NCBI RefSeq assembly: GCF_000485595.1
Contig: NW_014577089.1
Location: 418,675 to 438,674 of the forward strand
Reading direction: 5' to 3'
Length of the DNA: 20,000 bases
From: Priapulus caudatus
Taxonomy: Eukaryota
A model generated the notes under the pieces. That model saw only the letters and a list, made by a program, of their open reading frames with translations. It was not told the DNA's origin and did no database searches. This document shows, piece by piece, positions 19,491 through 20,000 of the stretch. The first letter of the stretch is position 1. Every line of letters begins with the position of its first letter. The translations under genes were made by a program, and so were the position numbers.

Positions 19491-19901
19491 CGCCACTGTG
19501 TCGTAGTGTGCGGATTATAAGTTCATAGAAGTTACTGAAAACTGGGTTTTCAGCGACAATCGGTAATATCTATATAAGGTTAAAGTACAACTGTCTGACT
19601 GTGATCATGTTTAGAATTGTTAAGAGTCAGTAATTAGCAGTAGCTGTGTTTTAACAACTTCAATTGGAGCGTTTCTGTGATGAATTTACGTCGACGATAA
19701 GCTTACCATGTGTTATCGAGGTATCATCATTCGTTTGCCCGTTTATTTAAGTAGTTTCTTAAATATCAAAATGGTTTTTTCATAAAAGGCGCGCATTGTC
19801 ATCAAAAGTGCATTGTGCTTGTAGCCGTGTGTTCATTGTACTGAAATTGGTTGGACTTGTGGCAATGGGTGCCTAATCCACAATATTGATTTACGTTTCA
19901 G

Positions 19902-20000
19902 ACACCAACCAGAGACGAGCACAGACAAGAAGAAGTTACCGCAGGTACCCGAATCCATCCTAAGAAGGCGGCAAGGCAAGTAGTCCGAGCATTATAGGCC
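19902..20000 (+). CDS. RPL7: 60S ribosomal protein L7 (uL30) family, partial N-terminal coding exon running off the window end
   Basis: Acceptor ttacgtttcag| then HQPETSTDKKKLPQVPESILRRR, matching the KKxPxVPE[S/T]xL[K/R][K/R]R N-terminal motif of RPL7/RPL7L1. An in-frame TAG at 19981 suggests a nearby sequencing indel. The upstream TCT/TOP tract favours RPL7 over RPL7L1. The start codon exon was not located. Confidence 0.75.

Noticed and set aside
19708..19720. ATGTGTTATCGAG|gtatca as the RPL7 start exon
   Set aside because: Its phase-1 donor is out of frame with the KKLPQVPES exon as sequenced, and the donor is weak; unresolved given the local errors.
19677..19844. Possible intronic C/D-box snoRNA in the RPL7 intron (GTGATGA at 19677)
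   Set aside because: Copy C lacks the box C at the equivalent position (~11394), the nearest CTGA is ~160 nt away, and no terminal stem or rRNA-complementary guide was recognised.

Overview
Eukaryotic (invertebrate-animal-like, AT-rich, intron-containing) genomic DNA. The interpretable content is a six-coding-exon proteasome beta-5 gene (PSMB5/8-type, minus strand, ~12038-19350, ~277 aa with intact catalytic Thr1/Asp17/Lys33). It sits head-to-head, ~130 bp away, with the start of a 60S ribosomal protein L7 (uL30)-like gene on the plus strand (TCT/TOP tract at ~19476, coding exon from 19902). The first ~11.6 kb is not new sequence. It consists of three redundant copies of the same locus: A (1-~6745, reverse complement of ~11615-17240, very insertion-rich), B (6891-10590, reverse complement of ~14940-18905) and C (10591-11449, direct copy of 18906-19731), with a 25-N gap between A and B. 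The error profile and breakpoints point to long-read gap-filling artefacts and a second haplotype rather than true paralogues. PSMB5 intron 1 holds small non-autonomous repeat elements (a TIR-bounded TTAGGG-containing element, microsatellite-rich composite repeats, hairpins). A Helentron/HINE-like fragment follows copy C. Almost all ORFs in the supplied track are spurious. I found no convincing novel biological system; the best leads are listed with modest scores.
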